NCBI GenBank assembly: GCA_045654965.1
Contig: JAZOOK010000184.1
Coordinates: forward strand, 2,111 to 66,110
DNA length: 64,000 nt
Reading direction: 5' to 3'
DNA from: Candidatus Coprovivens sp.
Lineage (GTDB): Bacteria > Bacillota_I > Bacilli_A > RF39 > UBA660
Under the pieces are notes generated by a model. The model searched no databases and was not told the DNA's origin. It worked only from the letters and a program-made list of their open reading frames with translations. The position numbers and the translations under genes are program-made. Each line of letters opens with the position of its first letter. The stretch's first letter is position 1. This document shows positions 40,171 to 50,420 of the stretch, one piece after another.

Positions 40171-41373
40171 TTATCCTCTTGTAGTCCACTTCCAGCCTTT
40201 TTGGTTTTTAATACCTGATATAGACTGAATACTTGTTGCTTTAGTGTTTTTTTGGAAAGTACTGAAACCATTCCATGTAGCATTAGTAAAGTAATATCCA
40301 TACGATATTGAATAATGCATGTGAGTACCGGTAGTACATGAGTCATAATACCAAGTACTTTTATCTCCACCTTGAGTTGCTATTACTTGACCTTTTTTTA
40401 CTACTTGACCTATTTTTACTTTTATAGTTTTTAAATGGGCCATTTCTATAGTATATTTTTGTCCACCTACAACTGCGTGCATGTAAATTATGTTTCCGCC
40501 ACAATTCCATTTGTGTTTTGTATATACGATTGTTCCATTTGCAGGAGCGTATACATTTGTACCAGCAGGTACTCCACCTAGGTCAATTCCGTAATGTACT
40601 CCGTTTGACCATTTTTGTGTTACTGTTCCACTTGATAGTGGTCTAGAAAATTGTCCATTACCATTGATTTTTGCATAATAACAATCATCAATATCATCTT
40701 TATTTTTACAACCTGCTTGTTCATATATTTTGATTAAACCACGTTGAGCTTCTATTTGACTCTTATAATCTAATCCAACAGTTGCTAATTTTGATATTTC
40801 TTCTTGTAGATCTAACAATTGATTTTCATATGCAGTAATTGAATTTTCTAGTTTTACATTGTCTTCGGCAAGTTGAGTTTGTAATTTTTTGTTTTGAGTT
40901 ATCAAATCTTCTAATGTTTCTAACTCTTCTATTGTATGATTTACTATTTGTTCTACAACAGATTGTCTTTCCATTAGTTCATATACAGATGATGCTTCAA
41001 ATACATAATCCATATACATTTCATCGCTATTTACTCCAGTATATTGAAGAACTTTTATTACATCTTCTAACTCTGTGTTTTTGATTTTTATTTTTTCTTC
41101 ACTTTCTGCAACTAATAATTTTGATTCTTCAACTGTTTCTTTATTTTCATCTATTGTATTAGTTGCACTTGCTATAGCATTACGTTTACTTCTTATTTGT
41201 CTTTCTGCTTCTGCTGATAGTCTTTCGGTTTTATCCAGTTTTGTTTCTAAGTCTGCAACTTCATTTTTATATTGTTGTAATGTTTTTGCTTCTACTTTAT
41301 AAACATTGAAAGGACATAATGATAAAAACATTAAGGAACTAATAACTAAATAACTTATTATTTTTTTCATCAT
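40171..41373 (-). CDS. Coiled-coil M23 peptidoglycan endopeptidase (PcsB/EnvC-like), FtsEX-associated
   Basis: Signal/TM, ~230-aa coiled-coil region, C-terminal LytM/M23 domain (HYGIDLGG...H.H); start overlaps the ftsX stop. Confidence 0.8.
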   Translation of the reverse strand: MMKKIISYLVISSLMFLSLCPFNVYKVEAKTLQQYKNEVADLETKLDKTERLSAEAERQIRSKRNAIASATNTIDENKETVEESKLLVAESEEKIKIKNTELEDVIKVLQYTGVNSDEMYMDYVFEASSVYELMERQSVVEQIVNHTIEELETLEDLITQNKKLQTQLAEDNVKLENSITAYENQLLDLQEEISKLATVGLDYKSQIEAQRGLIKIYEQAGCKNKDDIDDCYYAKINGNGQFSRPLSSGTVTQKWSNGVHYGIDLGGVPAGTNVYAPANGTIVYTKHKWNCGGNIIYMHAVVGGQKYTIEMAHLKTIKVKIGQVVKKGQVIATQGGDKSTWYYDSCTTGTHMHYSISYGYYFTNATWNGFSTFQKNTKATSIQSISGIKNQKGWKWTTRG

Positions 41374-42284
41374 ATTTTTAAATACTTTCTAACAGTAGCG
41401 TAACTTCCTATCATACCAACTACTGCACCTACTATTAATAAACCAAGTGATAGATAAATTGTGAATGGGAATGGTTCTATCATTTTTATAAAGTTTGTAA
41501 ATAGATATCCTTCTAGTTTGTCATACATTAGAGTGTATCCCCAAATACTTCCTATAATTGGGATAATAGCACCGAATATTCCTAAGAATAGACCTTCTAT
41601 TACAAATGGTAGTTTTATAACGAAGTTACTTATACCAACCAATCTCATTATTTCTATCTCTTGTCTTCTTGCGAAGATTGTTAGTTTTATTGTATTACAT
41701 ATTAGTAATATAGTTACAAATAGTAATCCACCCATTATTACTAATGTTATTTGTTCTACTACATCAAATACAGGTATCATTTTTTCAACTACTGATTCAC
41801 TATATTTTACATTTGTTACATCAGCAATTGATTCAATTGCTTTTGCTGTATCTGGGAGTTCATTAACATCTTTTACTGTTATTACGAATTCTGATTCTAA
41901 AGGGTTTGTTTCTTTAGTCCAACTATTCATAATTGCGTATAATGCTGAATTTTTATCTGTCTTTTTTAGAGTTTCCTCTTTTATTGTTTCTTTATCTTTA
42001 TATAAGAGTTCATCACTTTTGATGTTTCTTATTTCTAATAATCTGCTCTTTACTGTGCTGATTTCTTCTTCTGTAGCATTTTTATCAACATATGCTATGA
42101 TGGTCAATGTTTTTTCCAAGTCACTAGTAAAATTGTTGATATTAGCAGAGAATATTACTGCTATTGCTACTATTATTAAAGTAATTATTGTACATGTTAT
42201 TGAGGCTACACTTAAACTAAAGTTACGGAAGATACTTTTAAAAGCACTTGCAACATTTCTTCTAAATATTCTAATTGCTTTCAT
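41370..42284 (-). CDS. ftsX: Cell-division ABC transporter permease FtsX
   Basis: 304 aa; N-terminal TM, extracellular loop, three C-terminal TM helices; overlaps ftsE. Confidence 0.85.
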   Translation of the reverse strand: MKAIRIFRRNVASAFKSIFRNFSLSVASITCTIITLIIVAIAVIFSANINNFTSDLEKTLTIIAYVDKNATEEEISTVKSRLLEIRNIKSDELLYKDKETIKEETLKKTDKNSALYAIMNSWTKETNPLESEFVITVKDVNELPDTAKAIESIADVTNVKYSESVVEKMIPVFDVVEQITLVIMGGLLFVTILLICNTIKLTIFARRQEIEIMRLVGISNFVIKLPFVIEGLFLGIFGAIIPIIGSIWGYTLMYDKLEGYLFTNFIKMIEPFPFTIYLSLGLLIVGAVVGMIGSYATVRKYLKI

Positions 42285-42972
42285 CGGCTGTATAACTTCC
42301 TTTCTTAGTATCGTTCTTTAGGACACCTTTGTCTAAAGTAATAACTCTTTTTTTCATTGAGTTAACTATTTCTTTATCATGTGTAACCATGATTACTGTA
42401 GCTCCCATTTCTTTATTTATACTATTAATTACTTTTACTATTTCTTTAGAAGTTTTTGGATCTAAGTTACCAGTCGGCTCGTCGCATATTAGAACTTTAG
42501 GTTCGTTTACTATAGCTCTTGCTATACAAACCCTTTGTTGTTCTCCTCCAGATAATTCATTTGGAAAACATCTTATTTTTTCTTTTAGTCCTACTCTTTC
42601 AAGAGCTTTCATAACTCTTTTTCTTATTTCAGTTCCACTCATACCAATATTATCTAAACCAAATGATACATTTTCGTAAACAGTTAATTTAGGTAATAAT
42701 TTAAAGTCTTGGAATACAATTCCTAATTTTCTACGTAGTTTGTATACTTTACTATTATAAAGTTTAGCTACGTTTATTCCACCTACTGTTACTTGGCCTT
42801 TAGTAGGTTTTTCTTCTCTATAAAGCATCTTAACAAGTGTTGATTTCCCGCAACCAGATTCACCTGTTATAAACACAAATTCTCCTTTATCAATTGATAA
42901 GGTTAAGTTAGCAATGGCAGTTACACCATTTTTGTATACTTTATAGCAATTTTTTATATCTATAAATCTCAT
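42271..42972 (-). CDS. ftsE: Cell-division ABC transporter ATP-binding protein FtsE
   Basis: Walker A GESGCGKST, signature LSGGEQQRV, ~230 aa. Confidence 0.9.
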   Translation of the reverse strand: MRFIDIKNCYKVYKNGVTAIANLTLSIDKGEFVFITGESGCGKSTLVKMLYREEKPTKGQVTVGGINVAKLYNSKVYKLRRKLGIVFQDFKLLPKLTVYENVSFGLDNIGMSGTEIRKRVMKALERVGLKEKIRCFPNELSGGEQQRVCIARAIVNEPKVLICDEPTGNLDPKTSKEIVKVINSINKEMGATVIMVTHDKEIVNSMKKRVITLDKGVLKNDTKKGSYTADESN

Positions 42973-43027
42973 TCTATACCACCTTACTATCCCAATTATA
43001 TCAAAAAATCAAGCAAAAAAAAACCCA

Positions 43028-43924
43028 TTATATAAATGGGAATTGTTCTTTACGTTGGCCTCCGTAAACTTCATAACAATCTGTTATGATAAAAAATGCT
43101 TCTGGGTCAATTTTTTGAATAACATTTTTAAACATGTAATAATCTTTTGTAGGTAATACACACATTATCATGTCATATTTCTTTTTACTATATGCACCAT
43201 CAGCTTTAATCATTGTATATCCAGTATTCATTTCTTTTATAAACTCTTGTACTTCTTCGGCTTTCTTAGTTCTTATATAGAACATTTTACTATTTGATAT
43301 ACCTAGCATTATTTTATCTACTAGGATACTTATTATTATTACTATGATAGTACCATAGATTGCTTTGTTTAAACCAAATACAAATGCTCCTGGTACTATT
43401 ACTACTATACTAGTAATAAGTGAAGCTACTCCAGTAGATATTTTCATATATTTATTAAGTATTTGCATTACTATATCTGCTCCACCAGTAGAATATCCCA
43501 TTTTATATACTAGACCACTTCCTATACCAAATAAAACTCCACTTATTAAACAGATTATTATGTAACTGTCATATTCTACAGAAGATGATATTTGTAGACA
43601 TATATCACCAGTTAAAGATATAAAGAATGGGAATAATAGAGAACCTAATATAGTCATTCCAGTTTGTTTAGGCCCTAACAATAAAAAACTTAATGTTAAG
43701 AGGAATATTTCAGCAATAAATATAAACAAAGCCGGTGTTATACCAAATAAGTTATTCATTATTATAGCTAGACCACTTGTACCTCCAGTTACTAGTTCAT
43801 ATTTTAAGAAAAATAAATTGTATGTAACTGCAAGTATAAAAACTCCTATAACCATTATTAATAAACGAGGCCAGAAGTTTTTTGAACGGACTTCATCAAT
43901 TAATTCTTTATAATCAAATTTCAT
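43028..43924 (-). CDS. YitT-family membrane protein (DUF161 + DUF2179)
   Basis: 5-6 TM helices plus the C-terminal soluble DUF2179-like domain typical of YitT. Confidence 0.6.
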   Translation of the reverse strand: MKFDYKELIDEVRSKNFWPRLLIMVIGVFILAVTYNLFFLKYELVTGGTSGLAIIMNNLFGITPALFIFIAEIFLLTLSFLLLGPKQTGMTILGSLLFPFFISLTGDICLQISSSVEYDSYIIICLISGVLFGIGSGLVYKMGYSTGGADIVMQILNKYMKISTGVASLITSIVVIVPGAFVFGLNKAIYGTIIVIIISILVDKIMLGISNSKMFYIRTKKAEEVQEFIKEMNTGYTMIKADGAYSKKKYDMIMCVLPTKDYYMFKNVIQKIDPEAFFIITDCYEVYGGQRKEQFPFI

Positions 43925-43992
43925 ACTCTCACCTATTATGAATTATACTATAAAATTATTAGTTTGCATATATTGTGATAGAGGTGAAAAAT

Positions 43993-44352
43993 ATGAATGG
44001 TAATTACTATCAAAATCCTAAATTTCCTACTATAGATAATTCTGATAATAATTTTCAATTTGAGGAAGGTTATCAAGCTGGTACTATGGCAGATATTCCT
44101 ATGCAACAAAGTTATATTGAAAATATATTAAGAAGTAATAAAGGTAAAAAAGTAAAGATTTATACCAGTTTTCCTGATTCTAACGAATGGAAAGATAAAG
44201 TTTTTGAAGGAACTGTTGAACAAGCTGGCAGAGATCATATTGTATTAAGAGATACTAGAGATGGACGTTGGTATTTAATATTAATGATTTATCTTGATTA
44301 TGTGGAATTTGAAGAAAAAATTAATTACAATGATCCAAATATATTTGATTAA
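43993..44352 (+). CDS. GerQ/YwdL-like spore coat protein family
   Basis: SYIENILR.NKGKKVKIYTSF.DS.EWKDKVF.G.VE.AGRDHIVL.D...G.WYL.L..YLDYVEF.E.INY matches the Spore_GerQ pattern by recollection. Start at MNGNYY with RBS GAGGTG. Confidence 0.45.
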   Translation: MNGNYYQNPKFPTIDNSDNNFQFEEGYQAGTMADIPMQQSYIENILRSNKGKKVKIYTSFPDSNEWKDKVFEGTVEQAGRDHIVLRDTRDGRWYLILMIYLDYVEFEEKINYNDPNIFD

Positions 44353-44376
44353 AAAAAATTACCTGTTGGTAATTTT

Positions 44377-44874
44377 TTAATAGTAAAATACAAAATTTAT
44401 TTTTTCTATACCTAAAGTAGTTTTTGGTCCATGTCCTGGATATATTGTTATATCATCATTATATTGTTTAAAGCTTTCTAAACTTTCTTGCATATCCTTG
44501 TCATTACCACCTAAATCTGTTCTACCTATACTAGATTTAAAGATAAAGTCACCAGTAAACATAGTGTTGATATCTTTGAAATAGAATGTTTTAGAATCGA
44601 AGGTATGTCCTGGAGTTTCTATTATTTCATAATTGAAATTACCATATTTAGGTTTGTTTATTTCTATATCATAATGACTTATTACTTCTTCTAAGGCTTC
44701 TATATGATCTTGATGATAATGTGTTACTAAACAACCAATTACTTTTTTAGTACCTATTTCTTCTTTTATTTTATCGAAATCGTCTCCTGGATCGATAATT
44801 ATACATTCGTTATCAATTGTTAATATATAACAATTTGTTTCTAAAGGTCCAACATTAATTACTTTTATATCCAT
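44377..44874 (-). CDS. Small MBL-fold metallo-hydrolase
   Basis: HxHxDH motif (THYHQDH); 165 aa. Start at MDIKV with RBS CAGGTGAT. Confidence 0.7.
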   Translation of the reverse strand: MDIKVINVGPLETNCYILTIDNECIIIDPGDDFDKIKEEIGTKKVIGCLVTHYHQDHIEALEEVISHYDIEINKPKYGNFNYEIIETPGHTFDSKTFYFKDINTMFTGDFIFKSSIGRTDLGGNDKDMQESLESFKQYNDDITIYPGHGPKTTLGIEKINFVFYY

Positions 44875-44963
44875 CTTAATCACCTGTTTACATTTTATTA
44901 TAAATAATATCTTTTGTAAATTTAATAATATGCTATAATTTAAGTAGAATTGAGGTTATAGTT

Positions 44964-45509
44964 ATGCCATTATTATATAGTTTTTTATTTATAGTAATTT
45001 TAGTAGGAGCTTGTGGTATCTTTTATGTATATCAATATAATAAGTTACAACATTCGAAGACTAAGATTGATCATGCTGAGTGTTTAATTGATGAAGCTTT
45101 AAGAAATACATATGATATTTTAGTTAAAGCTGATAAAGTTATTCAATCTGAAGTTGGTGGAGAAAAAACTTACTTTAAAGGTTTGGATAAAGTAAAAAAT
45201 GAAAATATTAGTAATTTTGACTTAGATAGAAAGTTAACTGAATATATTTCTTTACTTGAACAAATAAAATTAGATTATCCAGACTTAACTAGTAATAAAG
45301 GTTTCAAAGAAGTATTAAGTGAAAATAAAAAAGCTAGCGAAAAATTACAAGCGGCTAAATCTTATTATAATAAATACACAAGTGAATTGAATGATTTAAT
45401 TAGAACTTTCCCTTCTAATGTTGTTGCTAGAATGCATAATATCAATATTAAGCCTTTCTTTGATGGTAAAAACATGGAAGACGAAATAGTTGATGACTTT
45501 AAATTATAA
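44964..45509 (+). CDS. lemA: LemA-family protein
   Basis: N-terminal TM followed by the characteristic LemA helical domain (YNKLQ...KID.A...ID.AL..RY..L). Confidence 0.65.
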   Translation: MPLLYSFLFIVILVGACGIFYVYQYNKLQHSKTKIDHAECLIDEALRNTYDILVKADKVIQSEVGGEKTYFKGLDKVKNENISNFDLDRKLTEYISLLEQIKLDYPDLTSNKGFKEVLSENKKASEKLQAAKSYYNKYTSELNDLIRTFPSNVVARMHNINIKPFFDGKNMEDEIVDDFKL

Positions 45510-45537
45510 AAAAAACTACAATATGTAGTTTTTTTAT
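45508..45537. terminator. Bidirectional terminator between lemA and ung
   Basis: aaaaaaaACTACAatatGTAGTttttttt. Confidence 0.7.
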
Positions 45538-46229
45538 TTGCTTAGATCCCAATCTATTTCTTTTAGATTTTTAGATTTTAAGAATTCATTTGTTTTTGAG
45601 AAAGGTTTACTACCAAAGAATCCATTTCTTGCCGAGAATGGAGATGGATGTGGAGATGTAATTATATAATGGTTTGGATTTGTTATATATTTTGTTTTTT
45701 CTTTGGCAAAGTTTCCCCATAGTATGAATACTACTGGTTCTTCTTTTTGGTTTAACACTTTTATAATATAATCCGTAAGCAATTCCCATCCCATGTTTCT
45801 GTGAGAAGCTGGCTTATCTTTTTCTACTGTAAGAACGGCATTTAGCATAAGAACTCCTTCTTTGCCCCATTTAGTTAAGTCTCCTTTATTATGAATTGGT
45901 ATACCTAAATCTGTATTCATTTCTTTGTATATGTTTTGTAGTGATGGTGGTATTTTTATTCCTTCTTGAACTGAGAATGATAAGCCGTGGGCTTCTCCTT
46001 CTCCGTGGTATGGATCTTGACCTACTATTACTACTTTTGTATTTGAATATGGAGTTAGTTTTAAAGCATTAAAAATATAATCTTTAGGAGGGAATATAGT
46101 TTTACTATTATATTCATTTTCTATTAATTTATAAAACTTTTTAAATCCTTCACTATTCCATATTACTTCTAATTTGTTGTCCCAATCGTTTCCTATCATA
46201 ATGTCACCTTCTGTTAATAAATTTATCAT
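45534..46229 (-). CDS. ung: Uracil-DNA glycosylase (family 1)
   Basis: GQDPYHG, water-activating motif, and HPSPFSA motifs. The true start may be the internal MIGNDW. Confidence 0.85.
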   Translation of the reverse strand: MINLLTEGDIMIGNDWDNKLEVIWNSEGFKKFYKLIENEYNSKTIFPPKDYIFNALKLTPYSNTKVVIVGQDPYHGEGEAHGLSFSVQEGIKIPPSLQNIYKEMNTDLGIPIHNKGDLTKWGKEGVLMLNAVLTVEKDKPASHRNMGWELLTDYIIKVLNQKEEPVVFILWGNFAKEKTKYITNPNHYIITSPHPSPFSARNGFFGSKPFSKTNEFLKSKNLKEIDWDLSK

Positions 46230-46290
46230 ATTTTAAGAATGTTGTTAATAAGTTAACTGTAATAATTAAAAAATAGTAATCAATTGATTA

Positions 46291-46728
46291 CTATTTGTGA
46301 TATGTTTCGTTATTTAATATTTTGAACGAACGATATATTTGTTCTAAAAGTATTCCTCTAAATAATCCATGTGGAAATGTTAATTTAGAAAAAGATAATC
46401 TATAGTTAGCTCTTCTTTTTACATCATCATGTAAACCAAATGAACTACCAATTATGAATGTTATTGTTCCATAATTTAAGAATGTTGAATCAATCTTTTT
46501 AGCTAGTGATACTGAATCTAGGTTTTCACCATTAATATCAAGAGCAATTACATAATCTTGGTTGTTGATATGTTTGAAGATATCAACAGATTCTTTTTGT
46601 AAGTCATTAGAATCATTTAATTCAATTATTTCTATTTTATGATAACGAGAAATTCTTTTTTTATAATCATCTATAAGTTTATTTAAATAATCTTCTTTTA
46701 TTTTTCCCATGCATATAAGTTTTATCAT
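46291..46728 (-). CDS. rlmH: 23S rRNA (pseudouridine1915-N3)-methyltransferase RlmH
   Basis: SPOUT fold; MIKLICMGKIKEDYL N-terminus; sits after walJ as in Bacillus. Confidence 0.85.
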   Translation of the reverse strand: MIKLICMGKIKEDYLNKLIDDYKKRISRYHKIEIIELNDSNDLQKESVDIFKHINNQDYVIALDINGENLDSVSLAKKIDSTFLNYGTITFIIGSSFGLHDDVKRRANYRLSFSKLTFPHGLFRGILLEQIYRSFKILNNETYHK

Positions 46729-47489
46729 ATTTCTATCAACTCACTTTTTTCTCTTTGTCTAGCACATTTGATGTCATCAAATTCTATTTCATATTCTTTG
46801 AATATTTCTCTTATTGTTTGTAGTGCTTTTTCTTCTGTATTGTTTTGATGAGATAAGTGTGTTAAGAGTATCTTTTTAGTATTAGGTCCAATATTCTTTG
46901 CTAAGTATATTGAACAGTCTATGTTAGATAAGTGGCCATATTCTCCCATTACTCTATCTTTTAACCATTTAGGGTATGGACCATGAAGAAGCATTTCTAT
47001 ATCATGATTACTTTCGAAAAGGTATACATCTAAATTATTTATATTTTTGAAATATTTAGTGTTTACATATCCTGTATCTGTCATATATACCATTGATTTT
47101 CCATTACTTCTTATTACAAAACTGCGTGCATCTGATGTATCATGTGATGTTCTGATTATTTCTACAGTTGCATCAGTTAATTTCACTATATCTTCATATA
47201 AGATTATATTTTCGTAGTCTTTTAAGCATTCTATTTCAGAGAACATCTTTTGACTTAAACATATTGTTGGTTTGTATTTTTTTATGAAAGTCTTTAACGC
47301 TTTTATATGGTCTTCGTGGACGTGTGTTATAAATACGTAGTCTATATCTTCAATTGCAATAGAAAGCTCAGAAAGCTTTTCTTTTATGTATTTAACGGTC
47401 ATCCCAAGATCTAATAATATCTTGTGATTTTCAGTTTCTACATAAGTAACATTTCCTTCTGAGCCACTTGCTAAATTACATATTTTCAT
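46725..47489 (-). CDS. walJ: MBL-fold hydrolase WalJ/YycJ
   Basis: HVHEDH motif; YycJ-like N-terminus; conserved position upstream of rlmH. Confidence 0.8.
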   Translation of the reverse strand: MKICNLASGSEGNVTYVETENHKILLDLGMTVKYIKEKLSELSIAIEDIDYVFITHVHEDHIKALKTFIKKYKPTICLSQKMFSEIECLKDYENIILYEDIVKLTDATVEIIRTSHDTSDARSFVIRSNGKSMVYMTDTGYVNTKYFKNINNLDVYLFESNHDIEMLLHGPYPKWLKDRVMGEYGHLSNIDCSIYLAKNIGPNTKKILLTHLSHQNNTEEKALQTIREIFKEYEIEFDDIKCARQREKSELIEI

Positions 47490-49024
47490 TATCTATATAA
47501 ATTCATAGGGTTTACGAATTTTGCGCCGTTTCTATGTGGCGGAGCTCCAGTCGTAACTCCGAAGTGTAAGTGAACTCCGGTAACTTGTCCGGTTGCTCCC
47601 ATTCCACCTATAACTTGTCCACGTTTAACTACTTCGCCAGTTTTTACTCTTTGACTTCCTTTTACCATATGAGCGTACATTGTATAGTATCCATTTTGGT
47701 GGTCTATAATTACTACTTGTCCACCTGTTACTGTACCACATTTTTGATTTCCTCTACTAATGTCATATCCAGAACAGAATACTACTCCGTCATTAGCCGC
47801 ATATATTGGTGATCCTTTACCAGTACCAGATATATCTAATCCATCATGGAATCCCCATTTACCAAATATGTTTCGGTATCCGTAACCAGATGTAATAATA
47901 TATCCTTTGTTTGTAGGCCATGCCCATGCACCAATGATAGGAGCTGGATTTTGAGGACCTATGTTTACTGGATATTTTTTTGTTCCTTTTAGTACAACTT
48001 CGTTTTGAGGAGACTTAATTGTTTCTGATTTTAAGTTTCTCGCATTTTCACTACGTTGACCATTTATAATACGAACTGCAGATGTAACTCGTTCCATTCC
48101 TTTTACACCTTTAGTTTTTACTTTTGTTTTACCAACATACATAGTTTTGTCGTTTTCATATGTAGTTCCATACATTACTTCTTGATCTTCAGTTACTATT
48201 GCATCATATACTAGTGATAATACTGGTGTTATGGCTGCAACGTTGATTTTTTGTCCAATAGCAAGTAGTGTATCTTCTGTTTCTATTGAGTCGTTAACCA
48301 TTAATAAAGCGTTTGAGTTTATTCCGTTGGCTTCAGCAATATTTTCTATTGTGTCACCTTGTTTTACACTATACTCTTTATAACTTGTGTTTGTACCGAA
48401 TAATAAATGTTTAGTTAGTTCATTTACATCCGTATATATAGTTTCATCAACACTTATATAAGATTCTTTTATAGTTATTGTTTCATCAAAATACATGTTT
48501 TCTATTATCATACCTGTTGATGATACTGTTGGTTGTGAAGAAGTTAAATATTGTTGATATCTTTCTTCACCTATAAATGTAACTACTATATTTGCTAAGG
48601 CTTTTTCGAATATATCTTTATCTATTACATAAACATATTTAGGTTCTACACCTTCTAGAGAACCTTTCATAGTTATTGAATAGCCTTTTATAGTAAATTG
48701 TTTCTTTTCTTTTATTGATTCATAAACATTTTCAACGCTATCTACGTTTTCTGTATATGTATTTTGTCTTATTATTTTAAATCCTTTAGGTGGATATACT
48801 TGATCAACATTATATTCTTTTTTTATTTCTTTTTGTTCTTTGTTAATCAATGTATATAAATCATCTTTTGAATTAACTAGCCCTATTTTTTCTCCATCTA
48901 AATATACTTGATATATAGAGTCAGGCATTGCAAATGATTCATCTGTCATATATCCCATTACCAGGAATGCGCCTATAAAGGCTGTTATTAGGACTGATAA
49001 TATAATCCCTTTTATTTTATTCAT
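47489..49024 (-). CDS. Membrane-anchored LysM + M23 peptidoglycan endopeptidase
   Basis: N-terminal TM; LysM (KQGDTIENIAEANGINSNALLMVN); C-terminal M23 (HDGLDISG...HLHFGV). Translationally overlaps dnaB upstream and walJ downstream. Confidence 0.8.
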   Translation of the reverse strand: MNKIKGIILSVLITAFIGAFLVMGYMTDESFAMPDSIYQVYLDGEKIGLVNSKDDLYTLINKEQKEIKKEYNVDQVYPPKGFKIIRQNTYTENVDSVENVYESIKEKKQFTIKGYSITMKGSLEGVEPKYVYVIDKDIFEKALANIVVTFIGEERYQQYLTSSQPTVSSTGMIIENMYFDETITIKESYISVDETIYTDVNELTKHLLFGTNTSYKEYSVKQGDTIENIAEANGINSNALLMVNDSIETEDTLLAIGQKINVAAITPVLSLVYDAIVTEDQEVMYGTTYENDKTMYVGKTKVKTKGVKGMERVTSAVRIINGQRSENARNLKSETIKSPQNEVVLKGTKKYPVNIGPQNPAPIIGAWAWPTNKGYIITSGYGYRNIFGKWGFHDGLDISGTGKGSPIYAANDGVVFCSGYDISRGNQKCGTVTGGQVVIIDHQNGYYTMYAHMVKGSQRVKTGEVVKRGQVIGGMGATGQVTGVHLHFGVTTGAPPHRNGAKFVNPMNLYR

Positions 49025-50378
49025 TTTCTAAACCTTCCGTTTCTGTAGCTAAGTAGTTTCTAAAGTTACTCATGTTAAGTTCAAATAATAATTGGAATTT
49101 ACCAGTTGAACCTTTACGATGCTTAGCTATGATTATATCTGCTACAACATTTTTAGAAGCATCTAGTTGTTCTTTTGCCTTATAGTAGTCACTTCTATTT
49201 ATGAATAATACCATATCGGCATCTTGTTCTATTGACCCTGATTCACGTAAGTCCGCAAGCATTGGTTGATTACTTTCTCTTTTTTCTGCGTTACGTGATA
49301 GTTGGGCAAGTGCTATAACAGGAACCTTTAGTTCCATGGCCATTGTTTTTAATGATCTTGAAATATCTGAAACTTCTTGTTGACGTGATTCAGGTCTTTT
49401 TCCTCCACTGGTTACTAACTGTAAGTAGTCGATAATTACTAAAGCAAGACCTTCTTCTTTGTTTGCTAAGTTACGACATTTTGCTTTTATTTCTGCAGCT
49501 GTTATCCCTGCATCATCTACGATTTGAATATTAGTTTCAGCTAATTGACTATTAGCTTCATTAATTCTTTTCCAGTCATCATGACTCATGTTACCTGTTC
49601 TTATTTTACCTGAGTCGATTTGTCCTACTGCAGAACGCATTCTGTTAACTAATTGTTCTGCTGGCATTTCTAAGTTGAATATTGCTACTGCTTTTTTGGT
49701 ATTTTGAGCAGCATTTGTTGCTATGTTTAAAGCGAATGCTGTTTTTCCCATACCTGGACGAGCAGCGATGATAATCATTTCACCGGCATGTAGACCTGAT
49801 GTTACTCTATCTAAGTCATAGAACCCTGTAGGTACTCCAGTTACTTCTTCTTTGTTTTGAGATAATTTTTCTAGGTTTTCTTGTGCTAAAGCAATTGCAT
49901 CTTTAATATGAATGAAATCACTTGTTTGACGATCTTTTACTACATTTAATATTTTCTTTTCAGCACTGTCTAATAAATGAGTAACGTCTTCTCCTTCTTC
50001 GTAAGCATCTGTTACTATGTCAGTAGCTGTTTCTATTAAGTTACGCATTACAGCTTTATCTTTAACTATTTTTATATAATAGTCTAAGTTAGCTGCTGTT
50101 GGTACTGAGTCTATTACTTCACTTAGGTAATCTACTCCACCTATAGCTGATAAATCTTTTTTCTTTTCTAATTCATCTTTAACTGTTGTAATATCTATAG
50201 GAACCTTTTCGTTGTAACAACGTTTTATTGCTTCGAACAATTTTTGATTAGCTTCACTATAAAACATATCAGAATATAAATCTTCACATATTTTAGTTAA
50301 TGAATTTTTACTTAAAAAGGCACATCCTAATATACTTTTTTCAGCATCAAGGCTATGAGGCATTGTTCTTACTGGCAT
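49017..50378 (-). CDS. dnaB: Replicative DNA helicase (DnaB family; DnaC in Bacillus nomenclature)
   Basis: N-terminal DnaB domain; Walker A GARPGMGKTAFALN; 453 aa. Confidence 0.9.
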   Translation of the reverse strand: MPVRTMPHSLDAEKSILGCAFLSKNSLTKICEDLYSDMFYSEANQKLFEAIKRCYNEKVPIDITTVKDELEKKKDLSAIGGVDYLSEVIDSVPTAANLDYYIKIVKDKAVMRNLIETATDIVTDAYEEGEDVTHLLDSAEKKILNVVKDRQTSDFIHIKDAIALAQENLEKLSQNKEEVTGVPTGFYDLDRVTSGLHAGEMIIIAARPGMGKTAFALNIATNAAQNTKKAVAIFNLEMPAEQLVNRMRSAVGQIDSGKIRTGNMSHDDWKRINEANSQLAETNIQIVDDAGITAAEIKAKCRNLANKEEGLALVIIDYLQLVTSGGKRPESRQQEVSDISRSLKTMAMELKVPVIALAQLSRNAEKRESNQPMLADLRESGSIEQDADMVLFINRSDYYKAKEQLDASKNVVADIIIAKHRKGSTGKFQLLFELNMSNFRNYLATETEGLENE

Positions 50379-50420
50379 AACTTCACCTACTTTACTTTAT
50401 TATTATCTCTGTTTATTTAA

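Noticed and set aside
40143-40370. 75-aa minus-strand ORF overlapping the 3' end of the M23 peptidase gene
   Set aside because: It is the alternative frame of the M23 C-terminus; the M23 domain motifs are in the other frame.
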